From positions 7,224,485-7,288,484 of the forward strand of contig NC_134027.1 of assembly GCF_964204645.1 (NCBI RefSeq): 64,000 nucleotides of DNA, written 5' to 3'. Of the stretch, positions 1 through 13,657 are shown one piece after another. Positions within the stretch are counted from its first letter, which is position 1. Every line of letters begins with the position of its first letter. The translations under genes were made by a program, and so were the position numbers. The notes beneath the pieces were generated by a model that had not been told where the DNA came from, did not search any database, and saw only the letters and a program-made list of their open reading frames with translations. This stretch comes from Tubulanus polymorphus (taxonomy: Eukaryota > Animalia > Nemertea).

Positions 1-1
1 A

Positions 2-3000
2 GAATTAACCTTTAGACGAGCAGCAAGTTTTCATGGTATTAGTGTTAAGCAACCACCAGGCGACTCCGGCGAAATTACGCAAACAATGAAAGTTCCTGGC
101 AATACTAGTATCACCAGCAACAGTAACAAAATCATTGTTGAAATCGGTGGTGATAGTTCTCAGGATGAAGGAAGTGTGGCAGATGACGAAACGTCTTCAT
201 ATTCTATAGAACAGTCAAATATGTCCGATATTTTTAGTGCAACAATTGATCCAAATAATAATGATAGTAGGTCAGAGCAAGTAAAAGCGACAATAATCGA
301 TGAATGTGCTGATAATTCCCTTCGAAAAACATCTATGAACGGAGCTGAGTCGTCATCAGAAACATCTCGAATGAAAAGTGACTTCAATACCTCTGTGGCT
401 TCGATAATCGATCTTCATTTGAACAAAGAAAATGTTGGTAGAATTCGCCAGCGGTCTTACTCTTTTCATGAAGAGAAATCTTCTGTCAGTGAATTGAAAC
501 CCTTAAAACGTAGTAGTAGCATCAGCAAAATACTGATTACCGAAGATTTTGGTGGAAATTCAAACAACAATGCTTCATCATCTTGTTCAATTTCAACGCC
601 TGCCACGACATTTAATTTCAACGTGAATTCACCTGAATTCCATTCTTACTCTATGACTGAATCTTCTAATATGTGTACACCAAATCGCACAATGGTTTTA
701 AAGCAAATGCAGCATAGGTTCAGTGCTCCTGCACCTGGATTGAATTCCCTACTTCCATCATTCCCTCCTAAATCGGTTCCAACATTCAGTACACCAGCAC
801 CTATTTTCGCTCATCATCAGGTTACGAAATTCACTTCCCAGTCAATGCCAATGTTTGCTCCTCAACAACACTCTCAGTTGATGTCGTCATTCCATCCACA
901 GATGCATACAACATTAAGTCCACAAATGCCATCCGCGTTTAACTTCTCTTCTCATTCGGTACAGTCACCATTTACCATGCAAGCAAATACTTCATTTACG
1001 CCGCACTCAAATCTTGCATTTACTCCACAGGCCAACCATTCATTTGTACCACATTCAAATCCTACTCTCATTCCACAATCAAAAACCACATGTAATCCAC
1101 ATGAGAACTGTTTCTGTAGATTGAATCAACAGGTGAACCCAACATTTCCCCCACATCCAGCTCCAAAGTTTAATGCACAGACTCTACCTGTATTAAATCC
1201 ATCAGCGTTTAATTCATTACCAGTATCATCACATTTTCCCATTCTCCCTTCTACGCTTCCAAAGACAGCCACACCCATGCCAAATGTCACAGCTAATCGC
1301 CCGAATTCATTGACATCTGTGGCAGCAATCACACCTTACATTTCTACACGTCCTGCTTCTGCTTCCTCGGAGACCAGTTTTAATTTCCCAGCATCTGAAG
1401 CATTTGAATTTGGCAATCATCAAAACCAGTCGTATAAGGAAGTTGGTTCGAATGAAAAATTGAGAGATGAAAAGCGATGTAAGGATGGAACATCCTTTAC
1501 AACTACATTCACGTCTCCTAATGACGTATCTTCATTTGCGATAGGTCCGGGACTGATGAAGGTGTCTCGAGGGACTACAACAAATAATATTTCCTACGAT
1601 GATGCGTCGTGCAATACAATTAGTATACGAAAGAAAGATTTCTCTACACAAGTTTCGAATATCAAGCCATCAATGTCCACCGTTACTGTCAATACTGTGG
1701 AGAGTGTATTTGATGAAGAATCAGATTACTACTTGTTCACCACTGAGAAGTCGAAGACCGTCGAAACATGCGACATCGGCACAAATACTCGAATCATAAA
1801 AACAAAATCTCGTGCAGTAATGACTCGAGAAATGAAACGAGACCATCACAGATCCACTCAAACCAAACCGACGATGGATTATGATAAACTAGTGCAAAGA
1901 TCCATAAAAGCAGAGGTTAGTATCGTGTGAATGGTAGCTAATAAGCTTTGAGCAGTTTTGCTTTATTAATGTCAAATGTACATTTTATTTGTGTTATTAT
2001 TTTTGTAGATGAAGGTTTTAGAACTTCAGGCTGAGAAGTGTATCGCTGATCATCTCCGTACGAAATGTGATTTGAATCTTGAATTCAACAAAAGAAAACA
2101 ACTTCACAGTATCGATATCAGGTAATTGTCCTCGTATTGTCACTGGCTTAACGCATTCTGTTCATTATAATGTCAAAAACGTAGTTTACGACATTGTTTT
2201 TTCAGCAATGAACAATTGACTAAAATCGAGGCAAAATTTTCTACAATGATATCCAATATTGAAGTAGAAATCAATCGAATCAATGATGCCTATTTCTGTA
2301 ACAAGAAGAAGCTCACCGCAAGCATTTGTTTGGCTGATTTACCATTGATATCCTCAAACTATGTCAAACCTGATATTGAAGAATTATTCAAGGTACAACA
2401 GCATGAGGCTCAATAACTTCATGTGCCATAATCGCACTTGTGAAACTTGATAATCCACTAATGGAGATTTTTTGATTTAACAGGCTGTTGGTGAAAAGAA
2501 ATCGTCTGATATTTCCAATGTCAAAGTAGTAACTCAAGGTGAAATTCAGTCGGAGAAAAATAAGAGGAATTCACTACAAAGTACTTTGGATAAAGAAGTG
2601 GAGCATGCATTATCTGATATTGCTATCCCTGACTTGGATAACGGTGCAGCAGCAGCACGCTGCTTAGATGAACCAAAATTGACTACAGGTCAAAAGCAAC
2701 CAAAACGTCCAAGCCCTCCCCCGGGCCTATCATGCAGCCTTGCTGTAAGTTCCATTGATTTTCAAGCTCTAGACAAAAATGAATCATGGTCAAAGTTTTA
2801 ATGCAAATAATCAGTATAATTGCATTGTAGGAATCATTTGATGAACTTCAGATTAACAATCCAATCAGTAGCGTGCTACAAGATCCAGTTGGTAACATGC
2901 TTCAAGATCCAGTTGGTATGCAGAAAGCTGTTATGGCGAGGCTACTTCAACAGAACCCGTTGTTGGCCACAAATCCGCAATTGTTGCAGATGCTCGTATT

Positions 3001-5439
3001 GCAGGAAGTGATGGGTACACTGGCAAAAGCTAATGTGTTCAATGCCGTTCCCGTATCACAAACATCGTCTACCAGTAGCTGTGCGAGTTTAGGAGCACCT
3101 TCTGTGGTACAGTTCTCTGCAAATCAAGCAGAATATCAGTCAAGTGCGAGTGCCAGTTTGAAATCAACTAGACGCACGAAACAATTGCGACGTCCAAAAC
3201 CGTCTACCATAGCAGCTATGTTACACAGTCGTGTACAGAAACCTAAACAGCAAGAATTGGAAAAAGCCTCTACCGAGACAGAATTAACACAAGTAAATTA
3301 GAATACCTTTATTTATGTACGATTCCTACATGTGAATAAGATGAGAACTGAAGTAAGTTTATTTTTTCAGCCATCGCCCAGTGTTGACAAAAGTTTGCCT
3401 GCAGTGGACGATGAACTTGAATCTCATGGGATTCGTTCATCCGAACCGACTGCTAAACGATATCGCTCAGGATCTGTGAATAGAGTTCGATTTCGAACAC
3501 TTTCGTCAAGTTGCCCAGAAAATCAACCCCCTTCGTCGACCACTTCTTCTCGATCTCACAGTCCTATCAACTCGGACATATTTCTGCCCGAATACTGGCA
3601 GCGTAAAGAACGCAGTAATTCACGAACTCCGAGTCCGTCGTTGATGCGTAGTGAGCTTGACTCGAATTGGCGCTCACCGTCGAAATCTTGTAACGTAACG
3701 AATTGGCGTTCACCGCAGAAACGGGACGTGATGAACTATCGTGATGTGATGACTGCATCCGGCGATAACAATAATACTCAGTCGAAATCAGTGATGGAGC
3801 GAAAATCTCCGGTACAAGCATTGCATGAGGTGATGATGATTCAATATCAGTTTGTCTGCTGTGGTAGATACCTTCCAGTTTCAAATCAACGCTGAGGGAG
3901 GAGAGCAATTCATTTTTAACCCTTAAGTATTATGCGCCTTATCTGAACTTATTCCTATTTGTAGGAAGAGAAAGAAAAAAGTTGTAATGGTGTTAAAGAA
4001 GCTGTTTCTAGATCTGTGAATAATCAATCAAAACCAGCCAAAGATGACGGCGGCTGGGAAAAGGTTTGATAATTTGAAAAACCATAACTGCCTCATGATC
4101 CCGGATAATCAATGGTGTATTTCAGCTCAAAATCTGCAAATTGTATTTTCTAGGTCACTAAGAGAAAGCGAAATGATTCGAAAAGTCAGTCCGAAAGTGG
4201 AGGCACACTGCCGCCATCTCGGACAGCACGTGAATCTGTGCCATCCGTTAGTAAAACTAACTTCGATAAACTTGTTGGAAAGCTTGCTACTAAATTTCCT
4301 ACACTGAAGAGGTATGAAGTCACATTGTACTTGTGACAAACTAAAACTCTTCCTACACGCTTTAATTTCCATGATTTCTCTTTTTCAGAAACGAAGCCGT
4401 TGATCTGATAAAAGAAGTTCGGAAACGTCGCAAAGGAACACTCGTTGGAATGACCATGTCCGACATTCTTAAAGAAGCTGATTCTGTTTTTGCCACTATG
4501 AGTACAGTCAGTATTGGGCATTCAATTTATGTACCGGTATATCTTTATATCTTGTGCATGGTTGAATATAGTTGTCTTATTAAAACTGTTAACATTTATA
4601 GAAACCTGGAGCGGCTAAAGTGACAAATTTGGCACCTGCTAAGTCTAGCACAAGTCCTATGATGCAGCCATCAAAACGAGCTCATCCTTTAGCTGTGAAT
4701 CAATCTTCTGCACAGGTGGTATCGAGCAAGTCAAAACTCGACATCAACTTTGAGCAAAATGAATGCACGATATGTTTTGAAACCCTTTCATCAGCTCCAC
4801 TGCGAATATTAGACTGCGGCCATACATATCATGAGTTGGTACGATTTTTCATGTGTCTAGATTACCACTCCTTGATTCCTTAAAAACTCTTAAACTGAAA
4901 ATGCTTTTAAAGGTTCTTGAAACTCCTTTCATTTGAGCAAAATGTCTGAAACTCCTTTAAAACTCCTTATTTGGAGAAATAGGCATTTAGACATGTTTGT
5001 AGTTGTACAGAAAATTACGCCTAAATTGGTTCTTCACCCAATTAGGTTACCGAATTTGGATTTGAAACCGAGTTAAGTTGGTGCAATGGATAGAAATTCA
5101 TTGACAAATCCACCAAATTAATGGTTTACTGAGAATTGACAGTACCAATTAAGGAGGTAGTTTACATTTGGATATGAAAGTGATGCAAAAACATCCTTGA
5201 GATTTGATATTTTCTCCTCGAAAGCTCCATCTAGGAATGACTGATCAGTAGGGACCCTGTATCCGTAATTCACTAGATCTAGTATGTGTGTGCTTGAAGT
5301 GCTAGTAAAAGATTTTGACCTAATGAGCTTAATTTCTTTATTTCAGTGCATAAAGCAATGGATATATGGGGAAGATGCAACCTGTCCAGTATGTCGTAAT
5401 CATACCCTCTTGCCGGAAGACTTTCCAAAACTTTCCTAA
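2..5439 (+). CDS. TTC3/DZIP3/RBM44-family protein with C-terminal RING-H2 finger (E3 ubiquitin ligase-like); 5' end lies upstream of the window; multi-exon
   Basis: Frame is open from base 2 to a donor at 1915 (S/P/T-rich low complexity). Spliced motif LVQRSIKAE|MKVLELQ. Helical domain NFDKLVGKLATKFPTLKR|NEAVDLIKEVRKRRKGTLVGMTMSDIL (~4260-4470). RING CTICFETLSSAPLRILDCGHTYHEL|CIKQWIYGEDATCPVCRNHTLLPEDFPKLS* with last exon 5347-5439; the tail resembles DZIP3 (HVLLPEEFP). Confidence 0.75.
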
Positions 5440-6278
5440 TTATTTGATGTAAAGGTTTGTTTGTTGCAATCCTCGTGATGTGCATTTGGTAAAATTTTCA
5501 TATTTTGAAATGCTTAATTTGTCTAAACAGGAGATATTTTTAACCTCATGTAATTTGATTTTCTCAACATATCTTTATTTTTTATTGCAATCAGAAACTT
5601 TTTTATTTTTCATGTACGCAACAATATTAGTTAGGCCTATTTATATTGAGAGTTCGTATTTAAGGCAACAGTTATATTAGTTAATCCAATTATTCATAAA
5701 TTTGTTCTATTAGGCAAGTTTCCTCGACACTTTTCCGTACCTTCTGAGGTTTTAAACATGCAATAATATGCTTAGTTATTCGTTTTGTTACGTAGTGAAA
5801 AGTGGTACATGATAGTGATTTTTTTGTAACATTTGGTTAACTTGTATATACAGGTTTGGTAATTGTACCAAAATGCTTGAATTAAAGTAATTCTGTATTA
5901 GTCGTACTACTTCAAGATTCTGTGCCACATTGAACATTTCAAGAGATTTGAAATGCATGACTTTTTGTTATTAGGCCATATTTTTGTAGTATCATTAAAA
6001 GAAATAAATGTATTGAAATATATATTTAGATCTTTTTCATTGATTATTGTTCCTTTTATAGTCCGGGCACCAACTTTTCCGAAAACTGTCCGGTTATGCA
6101 CCGCGAATTGCTCTAGTAATGCGTCGGTTTTAGGTGGTAAATAGTACACCCGGAAATAAACTCACAAATGTCAAAATGCTGTCAAAATAATTTCAAATTA
6201 TGGCAAAACATCCAAAATGTATAGATATTTCCCGTGCTGAGCAAAAAAGAAATATACAATTAAATAAAAGAACCTGCA

Positions 6279-9200
6279 ATGGCTGGGAGTAATAAAAGAA
6301 TGGTAGAAGATGAGCAAATTCAAAACCAGCGAAGTAATAGGTACGTATTGAATTTGAAGTTAGTTAATGAGGCTACAATGACAATGTAGTAGATAGAAAC
6401 TACACGTTTACATTATGTTAATTTCTCATATTTTGGCTCTGTAATTGAACTGTTGGATGATGTGTATCTTACAGTTCATCATTGGGTACACAATTATGGA
6501 ACAATGTTGAAAGTTGGAAATGGCCAATTATTTACTGTATGGAATACAATATCGGATTCCTTGGACTTGAAAAGTTACACCCATTTGACGCTGGCAAATG
6601 GGGAAAAGTGCATGCCTTCCTGAAAGGTAAGCAGTAATGTTCCTGGTTACATGAATATGCAATAACAAAACCATTGGCTAGTTAGAATCCACAACTTAAA
6701 TCCAAAGTAGGTCCTACCTTTAGATCTCCAACTGATAAAAGTATGATGAAATAGGCTTTAACAGTTAAGCTGTCCAACCATTTATGAATGAAGTTTTGTG
6801 TTTTGTACAGAACACTCTAGTTGTGTGCATCTCTTCAGGACTAACACTTTCTGGATGAGCGCATTATCATTATGTTATCATCATTATTATAGAAGTCAGC
6901 ATGCTGAGGGATGATACGACAACCACTCCTATTGAAGCCACCGTCAATGATTTATTAGTGGTTCATACAAAGCGTTATATCAACAGTTTAAAGGTAAGTT
7001 GATGGTATCATTTAGAATTCTGGACTAATTTCCATAGATCTAAGTTCAGTTTGACTATCAGTTCATATCCAAAGATTTCACCCAACTGGGTCCTAGGTCA
7101 ATACCGTGGAACTGCTAATTTTGATACAAATCTTGTGTGAAAGGATTTAAGCATGGAAAGACCTATACTTGATGAAGACTTGAGAGATTTACTTTTTTTC
7201 TGAATCACTGATTTACTGTCGGTATAAATTCTTTGTTCTTGCTATTGAATTTCTATGCCGAATTTTTCACTAATTGATTTGCATGCAGCATGCTCTGTCT
7301 GAAACTTTTTTTCATATTTGTTTTACTTACCAGAGCTTTGCTTTACAAAATACATAAGCTATAGATGATGAAATCCCACAATTAAACTTGCAAGTTACTG
7401 AAGAATTCGCTTAATTCAGATTTTTCAATCCGGATTTTCATTTAATTTGGATGAAATATTTGTTCCATTTAACCTGGAACCATGTAAACTTTTATTCATA
7501 ATTAGGATTTTACTTAATTCTGAGAAATCTGGGCAGTCGCTAGTCTTCTGAATTATGTGAGTGAAAATTATGTGAGTGAAAAAATATGAATTGTGGCATA
7601 TTTCAATCTCTATTGTCTTTCTATCTACCGGTAGTACACTATTGTATGCAATGGCAAGGGGTGATGGTAGACAATTATTCACTAATGCGGCTTTATCTCT
7701 GTATATGTTATCTCTTTGAATAAATGAAGTGCGCTTTTGGCCGAAGAATTTTAAAAACTAACGAATCGCTTTGTTTCTTTCTTTTGAAGCTCACAAGTAT
7801 TTTGGAAGGCACAATGATCAAAGAGGTATAAGTGATTGATTAAAGACGGTCTTCATCTGAGCTAGAAAGATGACTGAGTATTTTACGGAAGGCTGCCTTT
7901 AATTGCATGTGTAATTTAATTCCCAAAGCAACCAAATTGGCATTTATAAAATCAGCCCTTTAGCCTGATTCGACTACTTTTCATAGCGTTTTAAGAAAAT
8001 TTTTAACTTCTTGGCATTTCATTGATGGGTGTTTATTGATGGTGTATAAATCTACTTGTATCTCATTTCTAATGTGGGTGCATACGTAAGACCTTTACTC
8101 TGTGAACTACAAGAATTTTATAAATGGTCGAAATAGCACTTCAAACTGTTTCAACATTCATGATTGATTATTTCTTTTGCCTATAATGGGTTGATGCTGT
8201 GCTTTCAGACTTTCACAATGTATAATATACCCACCATGATTTATGTTGTGTATTTCGTTCTTCTGTTTAAGTCGGTGACAAAACGTATTGACTTGAAACT
8301 TAATTTCATTGCGATAATTTTATTCTGCAGTGGAGCGTGAATGTTGCAGGTATAACTGAAGTACCACCAGTGGCTTTGGTGCCAAATTTCATTGTACAGC
8401 GCAAGGTCCTGCGACCGTTCCGCTTTCAAACCGGTGGAACGATTATGGTGAGCGCTGCTTCGCTTGTATTTTTCGGTGAAATCATGTACATTCTTAACTT
8501 CAAAGCAAAATTTTCATTTTTTTTCAGGGAGCGAAACTTGCTATGGAAAGAGGTTGGGCTATCAACATAGGAGGTGGATTTCATCATTGTTCCGCGAATC
8601 GTGGTGGTGGATTTTGTGCGTACGCTGATATCACATTGGCGATTAAGTTCCTCCTGGAACGAGATAAGAACGTGAAAAATATAATGATTATCGATTTAGA
8701 TGCTCATCAGGTAAATGCAGTTTAAATTTTATCCAAAGCTACAAAACCTCTCCCATAAAGAAAACCTCTGCCATACGGTACATTATTCAACTTTTTTTTA
8801 AAATTTTTTGTATCTTTAGGGTAATGGCCACGAAAGAGATTTTATGGGAGATCAAAATGTTTATATATTAGATATTTATAACAGAGGCATTTATCCTCAT
8901 GATGGTTTTGCAAAACGTAAGTCTTATAATGGTTATATTATTCTGACTGAAGTTTCAACGTATCACCTTGAAATATGAATTGAATTCAGCTACATCAGAA
9001 AATTAAGAAAACATCGTGAAACAGACTGAATATTTTCTCATGTATGGTGGAAATTTCGAAAGACATTTCTCGAGGCTGACATCTGATATTTTATCATTTT
9101 GTGGGGGGTTTTACATATAGGTGCAATCAAAAGAAAAGTTGAATTAGGTCTTTTCACTGAGGATGAAGAATATCTAAGACTAGTTAAAACGTAAGTGACA

Positions 9201-10314
9201 TTAATTTTAGGATTGATTTACACTCCATTAAAGCATTGACTGGAGTCTATTATTTTGATATTTGTTGAGTACTCTCTTGCAGACACGTAGATGGTGCTTT
9301 GAATGAATTTACTCCTGATATAGTTATATACAATGCCGGCACAGATATCCTGGATGGAGATCCACTCGGTTGTTTGTCAATTTCACCCGAAGTAAGTAGA
9401 TTTTGTTTGTAGTACCTAAATTCCTAATTTCATTGACATGATAGTTGAAGATCAGGTGGAACTTGTTACCTCAAAGTTAATCATACTGAATGAATTTTTG
9501 TAGGGTATAATAGAACGAGATCAGATAGTGTTTCAGCGCGTACGAACGAGGGGTATTCCGTTATTGATGGTAACTAGCGGTGGATATCAACGAGCAACTG
9601 CGCGCATTATAGCCGATTCCATACTCAACCTTAAAACGTTAGGACTCATCTACTGTGAGGAAGCTGAAAACCGTCCTCCACCACCCCCACCTGGTAAATG
9701 AAACTTGATTAAAGCAATGTATGGTTAGTTTGATTTTGTTTCTAGATAATTAAGTAAATAATCTACTTCTATTTCCAGAACTTGAACCGCCAAAAGTAAC
9801 TGAAAATGAAGGGTTTTGGGCTCGGTTTCGTCGATCGACCAATTGTGCTATGTTCACACGGTCGGCAACATCGAGTAATGTCTCCGAGCTTGGCAAATTC
9901 TCAGAGCAGGATAACAGTCATGGTATCGTGCGAGCTAAATCGACGAATGCCATTGACATCGATGGATCAGAGACAAATGATATTCGCGTTTCTGCTGAAA
10001 TAGTGCAAAATTGCCCACAACAAACTGGAAATGCTGATGCACACCTAAACTGTAGAATAGGAACAGTCAAAACGTTACCGGCGAATAGTGAAAATAGTGA
10101 AAATGCTCAGAACTCTTCTAGCGTTCTCAGTGCTCAGATTGACACATCGCAATCAAAATGTGATGTCGACGAATTTGTGGCAGCTACACGAAAGGAAACT
10201 GTTTCAGATTATGCCAGCACAGGTGCTGCTGATGCACCTGGTGATACGCCTCATAATCTAACTGAAGACGACCAGCCCATGAATCTAAAAGAAATGCTTA
10301 AAACCAACACTTAA
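6279..10314 (+). CDS. HDAC11: Histone deacetylase 11 (class IV), ~10 exons, with long C-terminal extension
   Basis: Exons ~6279-6340, 6475-6626 (WPIIYCMEYNIGFLGLEKLHPFDAGKWGKV), ~6892-6992, 8331-8447 (VLRPFRFQTGGT), ~8528-8710 (GWAINIGGGFHHC..GGGFCAYAD..IIDLDAHQ), ~8820-8916 (GNGHERDF), 9121-9190, ~9283-9391 (YNAGTDILDGDPLG), ~9504-9694 (MVTSGGYQ), 9779-10314. Confidence 0.95.
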
Positions 10315-11584
10315 TGTTGCAATAGAAAAATACTAGTCTCCATCTTTGGTTGTACTGTATATAGTTAAGCAGTAGACTGACTGTGATGGGTTTACCAGTA
10401 AACAGATGTCTCGTTTCCCCATTATTGAATATATTATAATACATTTTGGACCAATGAATTTATGTTGTTATTGATGAGTTTATTGTACTTAAGAAATCAA
10501 AGTATTGTTTTTCATCACCTGCATTATCTATTACTTCGATAAGTGTTCATCCTAACTTGCTCAACCCGAATCAGTTCAATCAGGAGTTTAATCCAATCTG
10601 GATGTTTTTCCACCTATATCACATCAATGTATGTAAAACATGTTTATTTCTCTGAAACCTGACTAATTTCATTGTTCCCAAATGATCCAAATCAAGTGGG
10701 TTTGACTTTTACTTGGTTTTCAGGATTTCTTCATTAGATTATTACATGCTACGTGAATCAATGAATGTATGGGGACTAATAATATCGTATCATGTTGAGT
10801 ATATCTTCGTTCTGCTTTTTATTCTGTTGTTAATCTTATACATAAGGATCTGTGATATGTTGTACTAAAAGAAAATAATTTTCACTTAATTCCTAGATTC
10901 TGATTTACCTTTGAATGTTCATACCGATACGATCGTTGTCTGTGTATCGTAGGAATATCTACAATATTGATAAAGGTTCTGTAAAACTTATTTATATGTG
11001 TTCATTTTAATAAAAAAATTTACCAATGGAATTTTGTCTGAATGAAGTTAGTTATTGTGGAACTGTGCAGAATTAGCCAGATTTTGAGTCGATTAAGGGA
11101 TTCGAAGTCAATTTCATTTTAAAAAATTTGTCAGATGTAGTCCTCACAGGTGCATGTAATAACGAAACAATTAACGAGCCATGATTTTAACAGAATAACA
11201 TAGTAATGTAATTTATTCGTTTTCTTTCACAATCATAAAAAGTAAAACATTTTTAAATTTAAATATAACATAATTTCTAACATCATTTATATTATCTTGG
11301 GCAATGAACAAGATCATTACACTCGAGCTTTCTTTTAACAAGTACAATGTATATCTTATTACCTCGGATAATACACGTTTAGAAATTTTCTAGTATCGTA
11401 CAAGTAGGTAAATTTACGAGTCCATGCGGATGGATACACAAGGAGTGGATAGTCTTACTAAGACAAACCAATTCATTCGAAAGTATCATCTCATTGTCTG
11501 CATGGGAAATCTTGATATTGTCAAGAAAAGTTGACATTGAAAAAGCAAAAATGAATCCAGTTTCGAAATAACATGCAGTGAAAT

Positions 11585-13196
11585 TTATCGCGAAGTTTTG
11601 TTGAATTGCATGAAATAAGCGGCTGATGGTTGATTCGTGTAAACTTCTTTATCCATATAGTCGAGATTAGCTTTCTGTTCGGCGGCTAATCGTTGATTTT
11701 CATCAGCTAGTTGTTTTTGAAGCTCCTTCAAGGTTCGATCTTGTTCTCGTTCCATTAAAATTCCAGCTCTGGCATTTACCATTTGCTGTCGTTCCCATTC
11801 TTTATTGCGCAGTTCTTCCTCTTGACGTAATCGCTATAAAACATAATACATGCTCAGTATTAGCATAAATACCAATGATTTTTTCCATGGCTAAAATTAG
11901 CAAAAATATTTCGTGTCCTTTTCACATGATTTTTTTTCAAAATAATCAGTTGAATCAAATAATGAACCTCTTTTTCTTTCATTTGATCCTCTTGAATCTT
12001 TTTGATATCTTCAATTTGCTGCGGGCTCATGCCTTTCCATCTGTCTGGAATAACACGATGTGCACCAAATGCGCTTTGAGCTTGTCCCGGGTTTTCAGTG
12101 AGAAGATCACCGAAAATACTGTTTGATATTTCGGTCGCGTTGTCATCCTCCTCCTGTTGTTTGTGGAGACGCTCTTTTTCTGCTGCTTCCCTGGCCTGAA
12201 AGAGTATATATTCATTTCAATAATCTCATTGTAGGAAGCCATGGACTCATCAAGACTAACAATCATTGGGTATCTCAGTACATATACCATATAGGCCCCA
12301 GGGTCTGGATTATGCATAAAATCTTAGTAATAGCAATTAACATTCTTCTAACACTTACCAATGCAGCATTGAAATCCGTGGTAGCAAAATTTATTGCCCT
12401 TCGACATTTATCTTCGGCATCCTTCAGCTGCATCGCTCGTTGGTCCAGCTCTCGCATTTTCAATTCGTGAAGACGCTCGGCCTTTTTCTGTGCTTGCTCT
12501 GCCTCCATTTTCTCTTTCGTCTGTGCTTCCGACCATGCGCGTCGTTGCTCGGATATGAATTTATTACGCGCCTTATTGTTGAGGTCTTCACCTTCGAACT
12601 TCTGCATGCCGGAAATACCGCATCTTGGATCGTCGTCCGTAACACGCGCTGGTTTGTCTTTCTTCAGGGCGTCAGGGTCGTTCATATCCCATTCGCGACG
12701 ACTGTCGTTTTGTTGATGCAGAGCTCTGAATTCATTTAGTGCTTGATTCAGTTCTCGAATATCGTGCTCCTGGCGCTTTTGTAGTAACATGGCAATCTTA
12801 TCATACCTCACCGCATCAGCAGCTGTGGAAGAAACCAAGTTGGCTTAGATTAAGTATCATTTAGTTTTTCTAATTTGAAGATATTACTATAATTTGGCCT
12901 TGAACGTACCGAAAGCTTCCTCACGTCTCTTCTCATAATCTTCCATCTGTTGCTTATCGGCAACTTGCTGACCGATGGCATCCAAGTCAACCTACCAATA
13001 CAAACAAATCCGAATTTATTTATAATATTAGCAGTTCACTAAGTGAGAATACATATCATGAGTGAAATATTATTCTTACCCCGATTGTGCGAACTCTTGC
13101 ATTGAAAATTCTGCTCTGTCTTTGAGCTTCCATGTTCCTACGACGCTCAATAGCGGCATATTCTTTGTGGTCGATGGGAAGATCTAACTTATACAT
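11585..13196 (-). CDS. RIBC2: RIB43A-like with coiled-coils protein (axonemal microtubule inner protein)
   Basis: N-terminus [39 protein letters not shown]; RIB43A motifs [46 protein letters not shown] and [18 protein letters not shown]. Exons ~13196-13080, 12992-12910, 12822-12360, 12195-11968, 11834-11585. RIBC1 versus RIBC2 cannot be separated in an invertebrate. Confidence 0.92.
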
Positions 13197-13657
13197 AATG
13201 AACGTAGTAGATTTTTTTTTTATGAACAAACTTGGCGTAAATTTGAACAGAAACACTGCGACAACGAGTACTGGACACACTTCAAGTTGTGGATGCTCGC
13301 GCTCACACTTCTTCCTGGTTCGTGTCAATAGTTGCTATAGCGCTATGACAACAAATCCCTACACTAGAACACGATCGCTGATTGGTCTAAATATTCATAT
13401 CAATTGAATATCTAAATCTATTTTTCAATGTCATACGTATTTTTTTTTAAATAGATTCCTTTTTCTAAGTTCATAAACATTTGCTTTTCAATATCCATTG
13501 AAAAATATATTTAAATAGCCAAATATTTGATATTTTATTTGAAATCGCGCATGCGTACAAGTGCTATTACCGCCATATACAAAAGTGTTTGCGAGTTCTG
13601 AACAGATTTTATTCCGAAATTTTACTGATTTTCAATTGTTTTAGACGTTTTTACAGA
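13197..13657. promoter_or_regulatory. Putative bidirectional promoter RIBC/POC1
   Basis: About 460 bp separates the divergent ATGs. RFX half-sites GTTGCTAT..ATGACAAC at 13331-13352, reverse CCAAT (ATTGG 13381-13385), CHR-like TTTGAA 13538-13543, NRF1-like GCGCATGCG 13547-13555. Confidence 0.55.

Noticed and set aside
2873-2917. 24-bp in-frame tandem duplication (LQDPVG x2)
   Set aside because: Ordinary slippage duplication in a low-complexity coding region.
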